Sequence record: PP892525.1
Reading direction: 5' to 3' (one strand)
Length of the DNA stretch: 64,000 nucleotides
Source: Escherichia phage vB_EcoS_I14
Numbering within the stretch: the first letter of the stretch is position 1; each line of letters opens with the position of its first letter. The notes under the pieces were generated by a model. That model was given only the letters and a program-made list of their open reading frames with translations. It did no database searches and was not told the DNA's origin. The position numbers were made by a program, and so were the translations under genes. Shown one piece after another: positions 1 to 9,623 of the stretch.

Positions 1-43
1 ACACCCACGCGTACGTAATCCAAAGAAATTGGCAAAAGTCAAA

Positions 44-292
44 TTAACGCATAGAAGGGTCATCAAACCTGTGTTCTGGTCTGAACTCACGGAATCTCTT
101 CCGCGACGCCCGAGATCCATCCGACCACTCCCGCTCAAACTCCGCACGTTTCTCGTCAAACTTACGCTCCCTTTCCGCAATCTCCCGCGTCACTCCCGCA
201 ATATATTCCCGCAGCTTACGTTCAATTGCCGCAGTCGTCCCGAAAGCTCCCGCGAGTATCCCGATAATAAAAGCAATTACAATACTAAACAT
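44..292 (-). CDS. small single-pass membrane protein (hypothetical)
   Basis: 82-aa ORF; N-terminal hydrophobic helix (FSIVIAFIIGILAGAF) followed by strongly charged Arg/Glu-rich tail; ATG overlaps stop of upstream mini-ORF (TAATG). The overlapping + ORF 29..415 is Arg/Pro-rich low complexity and judged an antisense shadow. Confidence 0.45.
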   Translation of the reverse strand: MFSIVIAFIIGILAGAFGTTAAIERKLREYIAGVTREIAERERKFDEKRAEFEREWSDGSRASRKRFREFRPEHRFDDPSMR

Positions 293-321
293 TACTTATA
301 TTCCCGCAGCTTACGTTCAAT
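202..321. repeat. 25-bp direct repeat, two copies (about 202..226 and 297..321)
   Basis: tatattcccgcagcttacgttcaat occurs twice about 95 bp apart; on the - strand both copies encode the IERKLREY motif shared by two adjacent small ORFs. Confidence 0.8.
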
Positions 322-396
322 ACGAGCTAAATGGTTATCCAAGACACATTGTCCTAGAATTACCACAACTAATAAAACAATAATTATTACTCCCAT
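292..396 (-). CDS. mini membrane peptide, 34 aa (hypothetical, below ORF-track cutoff)
   Basis: Hand translation of - strand: MGVIIIVLLVVVILGQCVLDNHLARIERKLREYK; hydrophobic helix plus IERKLREY motif; start and stop both sit in TAATG overlaps with neighbours. Confidence 0.3.
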   Translation of the reverse strand: MGVIIIVLLVVVILGQCVLDNHLARIERKLREYK

Positions 397-524
397 TATA
401 GCCACCCCGCCATAGCTGCTAACCAAAAACCTACGAAGATTAGGAATAATACAAAACCAAATCCGTAAATATTAATCCACGCTTCGTACACTTCTCCACG
501 CCTGTTCTTTCTTTTATTTGACAT
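396..524 (-). CDS. mini membrane peptide, 42 aa (hypothetical, below ORF-track cutoff)
   Basis: Hand translation of - strand: MSNKRKNRRGEVYEAWINIYGFGFVLFLIFVGFWLAAMAGWL; basic N-terminus then hydrophobic helix; GGAG about 10 nt upstream of ATG; stop overlaps next start. Confidence 0.3.
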   Translation of the reverse strand: MSNKRKNRRGEVYEAWINIYGFGFVLFLIFVGFWLAAMAGWL

Positions 525-589
525 ATCTTTTATGCTCCTATGAGTCTGGTATTTGACATATCTTTTATGCTCCTATGAGTCTGGTATTT
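520..589. repeat. perfect 35-bp tandem duplication (2 head-to-tail copies)
   Basis: gacatatcttttatgctcctatgagtctggtattt repeated exactly; on the - strand each copy carries GGAG + ATG, so the initiation region of the 396..524 ORF is duplicated (upstream copy gives a 9-codon mini-ORF). Confidence 0.85.
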
Positions 590-722
590 GGAATACCCTA
601 GCAATTGCAGTGATTAGTATAAATATTCTTATTACACCTTCCCTAGTGTCTTGTGTGGCATCCTGGACTAATTCTGCGCTAGGATTATCTTAAGTGGTGA
701 TAGTTACTAAGGTCGTTTTTAC

Positions 723-956
723 TTAGAAAACTCCCTCACATGTATTCCCTTCAGTAAAGTAGCTTACGGGGGCCCAAAAAGACCCATAGGCCATAATTGG
801 TGACACCAAAAACATATCCCCTTTCCTATCAAAAACATTAGCCTTATATTTCACATGATCTTGTACATAGTAGGCCTCACATTTAATATCTTTAGGACCA
901 AAAGTAGAGCAAGCCGAAAGAAGTACCACTGCCATAGCTAAAAATAATTTTTTCAT
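723..956 (-). CDS. llp: lytic-conversion lipoprotein Llp (receptor-blocking superinfection exclusion)
   Basis: 77-aa ORF with signal peptide and lipobox (LLSAC); divergently placed next to the 640-aa receptor-binding protein gene, as in T5 llp-oad locus; length matches T5 Llp precursor (recalled). Confidence 0.8.
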   Translation of the reverse strand: MKKLFLAMAVVLLSACSTFGPKDIKCEAYYVQDHVKYKANVFDRKGDMFLVSPIMAYGSFWAPVSYFTEGNTCEGVF

Positions 957-984
957 TTACATTCTCCTCTATTTAATTTATAAT
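956..984 (+). promoter_or_regulatory. candidate sigma70-like promoter upstream of pb5 gene (TTTACA-17-TATAAT)
   Basis: Hexamers with 17-nt spacer in AT-rich divergent region; -35 overlaps llp start codon. Confidence 0.3.
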
Positions 985-987
985 ACT

Positions 988-1016
988 ATTATACAGAATT
1001 ATAGCAATATAGGCAA
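988..1016 (-). promoter_or_regulatory. candidate promoter for llp (TTGCCT-17-TATAAT on - strand)
   Basis: Reverse complement of 988..1016 gives -35 TTGCCT, 17-nt spacer, -10 TATAAT, about 30 nt upstream of llp ATG. Confidence 0.4.
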
Positions 1017-1035
1017 TTAAATTTTTGGAGAACTT

Positions 1036-2958
1036 ATGAGTTTTTTCGCTGGCAAGCTAAATAATAAATCTATACTCTCTCTGCGCAGGGGTAGTGGCGG
1101 AGATACTAATCAACATATTAATCCTGACTCTCAGACCATATTCCATTCAGATATGCCTCATGTTATCATAACAGAAACTCACTCCACAGGGTTAAGGCTA
1201 GATCAAGGTGCTGGTGACTATTACTGGTCTGAAATGCCTAGCAGAATTACCCAGTTACATAATAATGATCCTAATAGGGTTGTGCTGACGGAGATTGAGT
1301 TCTCAGATGGCTCTAGACATATGTTATCCGGTATGTCTATGGGGGTAGGTGCTAAGGCGTACGGAATTATAAATCCACAGGTCATGTCCCAGGGTGGCTT
1401 AAAAACACAAATAACAGCTAGTGCTGATCTATCCCTTGATGTAGGTTATTTTAATAGCGGTACTAGCGGTACGATCCCCCAGAAGCTTAGAGATGGTACT
1501 GGATGTCAGCATATGTTTGGGGCTTTTAGTGGACGTAGAGGGTTTGCATCTAGTGCAATGTACTTAGGGGGTGCCGCTCTTTATAAGTCTGCCTGGGATG
1601 GTTCAGGATATGTAGTGCCGGATTCAGGAACTCTAACTATCCCTAGCGACTACGTTAGGCATCCCGGAGCTAGAAACTTTGGATTTAACGCCATATATGT
1701 TCGTGGAAGGTCTTGTAATAGAGTTCTTTACGGTATGGAGGGGCCTAACTATACTACTGCTGGAGCCGTGCACGGTGCTTCTAGTTCTGGGGCTCTTAAC
1801 TTTATGTCTAATCCTAGCAATCCCTCGGCTCCTAAGTACACTGTAGGTTTCGCACGTGCTGATCCCACTAACTATGCTTATTGGGAAAGTATGGGTGATC
1901 CGAATGATGCTGCTAATGGGCCTATAGGTATATATAGTGAGCACCTCGGTATTTATCCATCTAAAATTACCTGGTATGTTACCAATCTAGTATACAATGG
2001 CTCAGGATACAATATTGATAGTGGGCTATTTACTGGCAATGATATTAAACTTAGTCCAAGAGAATTTATTATTAAAGGGGTTAACGTTAATAATACATCC
2101 TGGAAGTTTATCAACTTTATAGAGAAAAACTTCAATGTAGGGAGCAGAGCTGATTTTCGTGATGTTGGGTGTAACTTGAGTATGGGTGCCCCCTCTACTG
2201 GAGTTTCTGGAATAGCCACTTTTGGATTACCAACTGCGGAGAGCAATAACACTCCTAGTATTAAGGGAGGTAACGTTGGCGGTTTGCACACTAATGTTGT
2301 TAGTATTTATAACTTTTTACCTTCAGCATCTTGGTATGTTTCTAGTAATCCTCCAAAAATAGGGAGTAATTATGGGGACGTTTGGAGTGAGAATCTTTTA
2401 CCTTTAAGACTTCTAGGTGGTAGCGGAAGTACTGTACTATCTGGTAACATAGTATTTCAGGGTAATGGTTCCGTGCATGTTGGCACCGTGGGACTAGATC
2501 TTAATAGTAGTAGAAATGGCGCAATTGTATGTACTATGGAGTTCCTGGATGACACATGGTTGTCTGCAGGAGGTATTGGCTGCTTTAATCCTACGGAAAT
2601 GCTATCTAAAGGCGCTGAATATGGCGATAGTAGGTTTAGAATGGGTGGCAATACTATTGATAAAAAACTTCACCAAATATTATCCCTACCTGCAGGAGAA
2701 TATGTACCATTTTTTACTATTAAAGGTACTGTAGTAAATGCTTGTAAATTACAGGCTGCTGGGTATACTCCAACTCCGTACTGGGTATCTGGGTTGCCAG
2801 GATCCGTAGGTCAAATGGGTTACTATACTCTAACATACTATATGAGAAATGATGGGAATAATAATATCTCTATTTGGTTAGAATCCTCTATGAGCAATAT
2901 AATTGGCATGAAAGCATGCTTACCAAATATTAAACTTATAATTCAACGCCTTACCTAA
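1036..2958 (+). CDS. oad: receptor-binding tail protein pb5 (FhuA-binding type)
   Basis: 640-aa ORF, same length and N-terminus (MSFFAGKL...) as T5 pb5 as I recall it; adjacent divergent llp; GGAG RBS. Confidence 0.85.
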
Positions 2959-2968
2959 AGGAGGAAAT

Positions 2969-3451
2969 ATGGCAAATGATGTATTAGTACCAGATCTTAT
3001 GTCCCCTGAAGGGATGGATGTAATTGAAGCATATTTACAGTGTGGCAGCGATGTGCCTTCTGCCGCACGTAGTCTTGGAATGTCGGAAATTGCTTTCCGA
3101 GATATTATGAATCGTAGTGAAGTTAAGAACTACTTAAATGATATTTTTATGGAGAGTGGTTTCCGTAATAGGGATCGTTTATTTGGTGTTCTAGATGAAG
3201 TTATCAAGCGTAAACTAGAGGAGCTAGAAGAAACCGGCATGGGTTCTGACCAAGATATTATGGATATTCTCTGGAAGGCACACAAGATGAAGATGGAAGA
3301 AATGAAAATGATGGTAGAACTGGAGAAAGTGAAGGCAGCAGCCCGTACTCCAGCCAATCAGACCAACATCCAGAATAATATTATTGCTGGAGCTGGGGAT
3401 CAAAACTACATGGACTTAATTACTTCCCTAGCTACTGGAGGTAAGAAGTAA
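2969..3451 (+). CDS. terminase small subunit (putative)
   Basis: 160 aa, HTH-like segment ([17 protein letters not shown]), immediately upstream of and translationally coupled (TAATG) to terminase large subunit; AGGAGG RBS. Confidence 0.55.
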
Positions 3452-4767
3452 TGGAAGTATCAAGACCCTACGTTAACACAGTAGATGTTATTGATTTCGG
3501 AATAGATAAACGTTTCTTTCGTCTACCTGTTTCTGGAATATTAGCGCAAGAAGGCATTACACCTAATGGTCCTCAAATAGCGATTATCAATGCGCTAGAA
3601 GATCCTAGACATCGTTTTGTAACGGCGTGTGTATCACGCCGTGTAGGTAAATCCTTCATCGCATATACTCTTGGGTTTCTAAAATTGCTGGAACCCAATG
3701 TGAAGGTGTTAGTAGTTGCCCCTAACTATTCACTGGCCAACATCGGATGGTCTCAGATTCGTGGTCTCATTAAGAAGTATGGCCTACAAACCGAGCGTGA
3801 GAACGCTAAAGATAAAGAGATTGAGTTAGCTAATGGTTCTCTATTTAAACTAGCTTCCGCGGCTCAGGCCGACTCCGCAGTTGGACGTTCATATGACTTT
3901 ATCATCTTTGACGAAGCGGCGATTTCCGATGTGGGTGGTGATGCCTTCAGGGTTCAGTTGCGTCCTACCCTAGATAAACCTAATTCTAAGGCTCTATTTA
4001 TCTCTACTCCTCGTGGCGGTAACTGGTTTAAAGAGTTTTATGCCTATGGATTTGATGATACATTACCTAACTGGGTATCTATTCATGGTACATATCGTGA
4101 TAACCCACGTGCTGACTTGAATGATATTGAGGAAGCACGTCGTACTGTTAGTAAAAACTACTTCCGTCAGGAATATGAGGCTGATTTTTCTGTATTCGAA
4201 GGTCAGATCTTCGATACCTTTAATGCTATCGATCATGTTAAGGACCTTAAAGGTATGCATCACTTCTTTAAAGATGACGAAGCATTCGAAACATTACTTG
4301 GTATTGACGTTGGTTATCGTGATCCTACAGCAGTTCTTACTATCAAGTATCATTACGATACGGATACTTACTATGTATTAGAAGAATACCAGCAGGCAGA
4401 GAAAACTACAGCTCAGCATGCTGCTTATATTCAGCACTGTATAGATCGCTATAAAGTTGATCGTGTTTTTGTTGACTCTGCAGCAGCTCAGTTCCGCCAG
4501 GACTTAGCTTATGAACATGAAATTGCATCAGCTCCAGCTAAAAAATCTGTCCTAGATGGTCTAGCATGCTTACAAGCGCTATTCCAGCAGGGAAAGATTA
4601 TTGTAGATGCTTCATGTTCCTCATTAATCCATGCATTGCAGAACTATAAATGGGATTTCCAAGAAGGTGAAGAAAAATTATCACGTGAAAAACCACGTCA
4701 TGATGCTAACTCTCACCTCTGTGATGCTCTGCGCTATGGAATTTACTCTATTTCCCGTGGTAAATAA
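3451..4767 (+). CDS. terminase large subunit
   Basis: 438 aa; Walker-A-like ATPase region and C-terminal nuclease-type acidic motifs (IIFDEAA, DSAAAQ); position upstream of portal. Confidence 0.9.
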   Translation: MEVSRPYVNTVDVIDFGIDKRFFRLPVSGILAQEGITPNGPQIAIINALEDPRHRFVTACVSRRVGKSFIAYTLGFLKLLEPNVKVLVVAPNYSLANIGWSQIRGLIKKYGLQTERENAKDKEIELANGSLFKLASAAQADSAVGRSYDFIIFDEAAISDVGGDAFRVQLRPTLDKPNSKALFISTPRGGNWFKEFYAYGFDDTLPNWVSIHGTYRDNPRADLNDIEEARRTVSKNYFRQEYEADFSVFEGQIFDTFNAIDHVKDLKGMHHFFKDDEAFETLLGIDVGYRDPTAVLTIKYHYDTDTYYVLEEYQQAEKTTAQHAAYIQHCIDRYKVDRVFVDSAAAQFRQDLAYEHEIASAPAKKSVLDGLACLQALFQQGKIIVDASCSSLIHALQNYKWDFQEGEEKLSREKPRHDANSHLCDALRYGIYSISRGK

Positions 4768-4881
4768 ATAAGTATAGGAAGGGATACTACTCAGTTGGTA
4801 TCCCATTCCTGCATTTTAAAATCCCCTTTACAAATTCGATACGATTATGTATACTATATTCATACAGTTGAGGAGAACACT

Positions 4882-5319
4882 ATGGCAAGCAATGTAAAAT
4901 ATAAACGCGATGCTATATCCCTTATGAGAGACGGAATAAAAAGTCAATATAAAAAAGACTCTCAATGTGCTATCTGCGGTTGTGCTGAAGAATTAGAGCT
5001 TCATCATTACCATACGGTGTCTCTACTAGTTAAAAAATTTGCTAAAGAACTCCAATTGGATTTCACTGACGAAGAAATAGTCCTTTCAAATAGGACGGCA
5101 TTCTATGATCGATATAGGCATGAGCTAGTAGAAGACACTGTTACCCTTTGTGTACACCATCACCAATTATTACATAAGGTTTACACAAAAGAACCTCCTT
5201 TATTTTCTGCTAATAAGCAAAAAGTGTGGGTTCAAAAGCAGAAAGACAAATTACAGAATCCTCAAGAAAAGACACAAGTCAAGACTGAAACAAAATCAGG
5301 ATTCGCAAGGTTCTTATAA
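4882..5319 (+). CDS. HNH endonuclease
   Basis: Track ORF 4795..5319; likely start ATG 4882 after AGGAGA. CxxC...HH...N...CxxHH motif (CAICGCAEELELHHYH ... CVHHHQLLH) typical of HNH nucleases; sits between terL and portal. Confidence 0.75.
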   Translation: MASNVKYKRDAISLMRDGIKSQYKKDSQCAICGCAEELELHHYHTVSLLVKKFAKELQLDFTDEEIVLSNRTAFYDRYRHELVEDTVTLCVHHHQLLHKVYTKEPPLFSANKQKVWVQKQKDKLQNPQEKTQVKTETKSGFARFL

Positions 5320-6536
5320 TGGGTTTTAAAAGCTGGATTACTGAAAAGCTAAATCCGGGTCAACGTATTATAAGAGACATGGAACCAGTTAGTCATCGCA
5401 CTAACCGTAAGCCTTTTACCACTGGACAAGCCTACAGTAAAATTGAGATTCTCAATAGAACTGCTAATATGGTTATAGATAGTGCGGCGGAGTGTTCTTA
5501 TACTGTCGGAGATAAATATAATATTGTCACGTATGCCAATGGCATCAAGGCAAAGACTCTAGACACTCTCTTAAATGTACGACCTAATCCATTCATGGAT
5601 ATAAGCACATTCCGTAGACTTGTAGTCACTGACCTACTTTTTGAAGGTTGTGCTTACATCTATTGGGATGGCACAGCACTCTATCATGTCCCTGCTGCAC
5701 TAATGCAAGTAGAGGCAGATGCCAATAAGTTTATCAAAAAATTTATATTTAATAACCAGATAGACTATCGCGTAGATGAGATTATCTTTATAAAGGATAA
5801 CAGTTACGTGTGTGGCACAAATTCTCAAATTTCTGGACAATCTCGTGTTGCCACTGTTATTGATTCTCTTGAGAAGCGTTCTAAGATGCTTAACTTTAAA
5901 GAGAAGTTCCTCGATAACGGAACCGTGATTGGTCTTATTCTTGAGACGGATGAAATCCTGAACAAGAAATTGCGTGAGCGTAAACAAGAAGAATTACAAC
6001 TAGATTATAATCCTAGTACTGGTCAGTCCTCTGTCCTGATTCTAGATGGTGGTATGAAAGCTAAACCGTACTCCCAAATATCCTCTTTTAAAGATCTAGA
6101 CTTTAAGGAAGACATTGAAGGATTTAATAAATCTATCTGTCTAGCCTTTGGTGTTCCGCAAGTGCTACTTGATGGAGGTAATAACGCGAACATTCGACCA
6201 AATATCGAACTGTTCTATTACATGACTATCATCCCTATGCTGAACAAACTGACTAGTTCTCTTACTTTCTTTTTTGGTTATAAGATTACTCCTAATACTA
6301 AGGAAGTAGCTGCATTAACACCAGATAAAGAAGCTGAGGCTAAACATTTAACCTCATTGGTTAATAATGGTATTATGACTGGTAATGAAGCTCGTTTAGA
6401 GCTGAACCTTGAACCTTTAGATGATGAGCAGATGAATAAGATTCGTATTCCTGCTAACGTTGCTGGTTCTGCAACAGGTGTATCTGGTCAAGAAGGTGGC
6501 AGACCTCAAGGTTCCACCGAGGGAGATAAAGAATGA
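5319..6536 (+). CDS. portal protein (pb7-like)
   Basis: 405 aa, position between terminase and protease/capsid, start coupled by TAATG; length close to T5 portal. Confidence 0.85.
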   Translation: MGFKSWITEKLNPGQRIIRDMEPVSHRTNRKPFTTGQAYSKIEILNRTANMVIDSAAECSYTVGDKYNIVTYANGIKAKTLDTLLNVRPNPFMDISTFRRLVVTDLLFEGCAYIYWDGTALYHVPAALMQVEADANKFIKKFIFNNQIDYRVDEIIFIKDNSYVCGTNSQISGQSRVATVIDSLEKRSKMLNFKEKFLDNGTVIGLILETDEILNKKLRERKQEELQLDYNPSTGQSSVLILDGGMKAKPYSQISSFKDLDFKEDIEGFNKSICLAFGVPQVLLDGGNNANIRPNIELFYYMTIIPMLNKLTSSLTFFFGYKITPNTKEVAALTPDKEAEAKHLTSLVNNGIMTGNEARLELNLEPLDDEQMNKIRIPANVAGSATGVSGQEGGRPQGSTEGDKE

Positions 6537-7021
6537 TTGATTATAATGGTCTAAAGACCATTTTTGGTGAAAAACTACCAGAATCTCATATCTTCTTTGC
6601 TACGGTTGCTGCGCATAAATATGTTCCTAGCTATGCTTTTCTACGTAGAGAACTAGGACTTTCATCTGCGCATACTAACCGTAAAGTATGGAAGAAATTT
6701 GTAGAGGCTTATGGTAAAGCAGGTCCAGTAGATGTTGTTCCTGGAGCCCCTACATTGCAGGTAACTCCGGGTGAAAATTCAGTAACTTATACAATTACTG
6801 ACGGTACAAATACCGGCTCACCAATCACTCAGTATAAAGTATACTATACTGATGGGGTTACTGCGAAAACCTATAATTCTGGGTCTTCTAAAACAGGTAC
6901 TATTTCTACCTTAGAAGCAAAAGAGTATACTTTCCAGGCAGTAGCTGTTAATGGGGCAGGAGAATCTCCTAAGTCTACAGCAGTAAAAGCTACCCCAACT
7001 GCACCTGGTGTTGGAGGCTAA
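6533..7021 (+). CDS. capsid decoration protein (pb10-like, Ig/FN3-like C-terminal domain)
   Basis: 162 aa; C-terminal beta-rich segment (PGAPTLQVTPGENSVTYTITDG...) typical of Ig-like decoration domains; position portal-protease. Confidence 0.55.
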   Translation: MIDYNGLKTIFGEKLPESHIFFATVAAHKYVPSYAFLRRELGLSSAHTNRKVWKKFVEAYGKAGPVDVVPGAPTLQVTPGENSVTYTITDGTNTGSPITQYKVYYTDGVTAKTYNSGSSKTGTISTLEAKEYTFQAVAVNGAGESPKSTAVKATPTAPGVGG

Positions 7022-7024
7022 TAA

Positions 7025-7657
7025 ATGACACAAGCTGCTATTGACTATGATAAGTTAAAATCAGCACCGGTTCATTTAGATGCTTATATTAAATCTATTG
7101 ATAGCGAATCCAGAGAAGGTGTTGTAAAAATCCGCGGATTCGCTAATACAATTAGTAAAGATCGCGCTGGTGATGTAATCCCTGCCTCGGCATGGAAAAC
7201 ATCTAATGCACTTGCTAACTACATGAAAAACCCGATTATTCTTTTCGGACACGACCATCGTCGTCCAATCGGCAAGTGTATTGATCTTAATCCTACTGAA
7301 ATGGGTCTCGAAATCGAATGCGAGATCTATGAAAGTTCTGATCCGGCTATCTTTTCACTAATTAAAAACGGTGTACTGAAAACTTTTAGTATCGGATTCC
7401 GCTGCCTAGATGCAGAGTGGGATGAAGCTACGGATATATTTATTATTAAAGATTTAGAACTATACGAAGTTTCGGTAGTTTCTGTACCTTGTAATCAGGA
7501 CTCAACATTCAATCTTGCTAAGAGCATGAATGGCCATGATTACACTGAATGGCGCAAATCTTTTACTGCAATAAGTTCTAAAGCTGTCCCAGCTCAAGAA
7601 CGTAATCTTTCTGAACTAGAAAAACTTGCGATAGCTTTAGGCTACGTTAAAGAATAA
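7025..7657 (+). CDS. prohead maturation protease (pb11-like)
   Basis: 210 aa ORF immediately upstream of the major capsid gene; HK97-type protease position; length matches T5 pb11. Confidence 0.8.
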   Translation: MTQAAIDYDKLKSAPVHLDAYIKSIDSESREGVVKIRGFANTISKDRAGDVIPASAWKTSNALANYMKNPIILFGHDHRRPIGKCIDLNPTEMGLEIECEIYESSDPAIFSLIKNGVLKTFSIGFRCLDAEWDEATDIFIIKDLELYEVSVVSVPCNQDSTFNLAKSMNGHDYTEWRKSFTAISSKAVPAQERNLSELEKLAIALGYVKE

Positions 7658-7674
7658 CGGAGAATTATTTAAAA

Positions 7675-9051
7675 ATGACTATTGATATTAATAAGCTGAA
7701 AGAAGAACTTGGTCTGGGTGATCTGGCTAAATCTCTGGAAGGTCTGACCGCTGCTCAGAAAGCTGCTGAAGCTGAACGTATGCGTAAAGAGCAGGAAGAA
7801 AAAGAACTGGCTCGTATGAATGATCTGGTTTCTAAAGCAGTTGGCGAAGATCGTCAGAAGCTAGAAGAAGCTCTGGAACTGGTTAAATCCCTGGATGAGA
7901 AATCTAAGAAGAGCGCAGAACTGTTTGCACAGACTGTAGAAAAACAGCAGGAAACTATTGTTGGTCTTCAGGACGAAATCAAATCTCTGCTAGCAGCTCG
8001 TGAAGGTCGTTCCTTCGTTGGTGATAGCGTAGCTAAAGCACTGTATGGTACTCAGGAAGCTTTTGAAGATGAAGTTGAAAAACTGGTTCTGCTATCCTAT
8101 GTAATGGAAAAAGGCGTATTCGAAACTGAACATGGTCAGAATCACCTTAAAGCTGTAAACACCTCTTCTTCAGTTCAGGTTTCCAGTGAAAACTATGAAA
8201 CTATTTTCTCCCAGCGTATCATTCGTGATCTGCAGAAAGAGCTGGTAGTTGGTGCACTGTTCGAAGAATTGCCGATGTCTAGTAAGATTCTTACTATGCT
8301 AGTTGAACCAGATGCTGGTAAAGCTACTTGGGTTGCTGCTTCTACTTATGGTACTGATGCAACTACTGGTGAAGAAGTTAAAGGTGCTCTGACTGAAATT
8401 CATTTCAGTACTTACAAACTGGCTGCTAAATCCTTTATCACTGATGAAACTGAAGAAGATGCAATCTTCTCTCTGCTGCCTCTGCTTCGTAAGCGTCTGA
8501 TTGAAGCACACGCTGTTTCTATCGAAGAAGCCTTCATGACCGGTGATGGTTCCGGTAAGCCGAAAGGTTTGCTGACTCTTGCTAGCGAAGATGGTGCTAA
8601 AGTTACTACTGAAGCTAAAGCTGATGGTACTGTTCTGGTAACTGCTAAAACTATTTCTAAACTGCGTCGTAAACTTGGCCGTCATGGTCTGAAACTGAGC
8701 AAACTGGTACTGATCGTATCTATGGATGCTTACTACGACCTGCTAGAAGATGAAGAATGGCAGGATGTTGCACAGGTTGGTAATGATGCTGTTAAACTGC
8801 AAGGTCAGGTTGGTCGTATTTATGGTCTGCCGGTTGTAGTTTCTGAGTACTTCCCAGCTAAAGCAGCAGATAAAGAGTTTGCAGTTATTGTTTATAAAGA
8901 TAACTTCGTAATGCCGCGCCAGCGTGCTGTTACTGTTGAACGTGAGCGCCAAGCTGGCAAACAGCGTGACGCATACTACGTTACTCAGCGTGTTAACCTG
9001 CAACGTTACTTTGCAAATGGCGTTGTATCCGGTGCTTACGCTAGCGCTTAA
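7675..9051 (+). CDS. major capsid protein precursor (pb8-like, HK97 fold with N-terminal scaffolding delta domain)
   Basis: 458 aa; coiled-coil-rich N-terminal about 160 aa (delta domain) then capsid-fold region; high codon-adapted composition; followed by strong terminator. Confidence 0.9.
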   Translation: MTIDINKLKEELGLGDLAKSLEGLTAAQKAAEAERMRKEQEEKELARMNDLVSKAVGEDRQKLEEALELVKSLDEKSKKSAELFAQTVEKQQETIVGLQDEIKSLLAAREGRSFVGDSVAKALYGTQEAFEDEVEKLVLLSYVMEKGVFETEHGQNHLKAVNTSSSVQVSSENYETIFSQRIIRDLQKELVVGALFEELPMSSKILTMLVEPDAGKATWVAASTYGTDATTGEEVKGALTEIHFSTYKLAAKSFITDETEEDAIFSLLPLLRKRLIEAHAVSIEEAFMTGDGSGKPKGLLTLASEDGAKVTTEAKADGTVLVTAKTISKLRRKLGRHGLKLSKLVLIVSMDAYYDLLEDEEWQDVAQVGNDAVKLQGQVGRIYGLPVVVSEYFPAKAADKEFAVIVYKDNFVMPRQRAVTVERERQAGKQRDAYYVTQRVNLQRYFANGVVSGAYASA

Positions 9052-9070
9052 TACAGGCTTTTCAGCCGAT

Positions 9071-9097
9071 AAGGAGAGCTTCGGCTCTCCTTTTTTA
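9071..9097 (+). terminator. rho-independent terminator after major capsid gene
   Basis: aaggagagc-ttcg-gctctcctt perfect hairpin with UUCG tetraloop followed by tttttatt. Confidence 0.7.
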
Positions 9098-9110
9098 TTG
9101 GGAAAAATAA

Positions 9111-9623
9111 ATGCAAATCATCACAGCCGAAGATTATAGATTATATGGTGGTTTAAAACGACCTGAATTAGAGTCTGGTGTAGAAATGATGATTACTGCT
9201 GCCAATGCGCTGATTACGAGCCTTCTAGGCATGGATGATGCTGATGCGGTAGACCAGTTAATCAACACAAAACCTACACGTAGGAAATATTTTCTGAGCT
9301 CACCATCTGCTACCTCCGTAACTAAAGTGACGATTAACGATAATGAGATTGACCCAGAGCAGTATAAGCTATACTCTGACGGTATTATCCTTCTCAAATT
9401 TAATCCTCCGGAAGGTTATATGGATGTAGCATATACACAAGGTGGATTCAATCCAATACCTGAAGATCTCAAACTTGCAGCATGTATGCTAGTAGATCAT
9501 TGGCACAAACAAGATTATCGCCAAGCTAAAACAATTGGTGGTGAAACAGTAACCTTCAATAATACTAAATCTGGTATTCCAGAGCATATTCGTACTATTA
9601 TTGAAGTATATAGGAGAGTATAA
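9111..9623 (+). CDS. head completion / head-tail adaptor protein (putative)
   Basis: 170 aa ORF directly after capsid gene in conserved head-to-tail gene order; no motif-level evidence. Confidence 0.45.
   Translation: MQIITAEDYRLYGGLKRPELESGVEMMITAANALITSLLGMDDADAVDQLINTKPTRRKYFLSSPSATSVTKVTINDNEIDPEQYKLYSDGIILLKFNPPEGYMDVAYTQGGFNPIPEDLKLAACMLVDHWHKQDYRQAKTIGGETVTFNNTKSGIPEHIRTIIEVYRRV

Noticed and set aside
29-415. 128-aa + strand ORF at the window start
   Set aside because: Arg/Pro/Ser-rich low-complexity translation with no RBS; it is the antisense shadow of the coupled small membrane-protein ORFs on the - strand.
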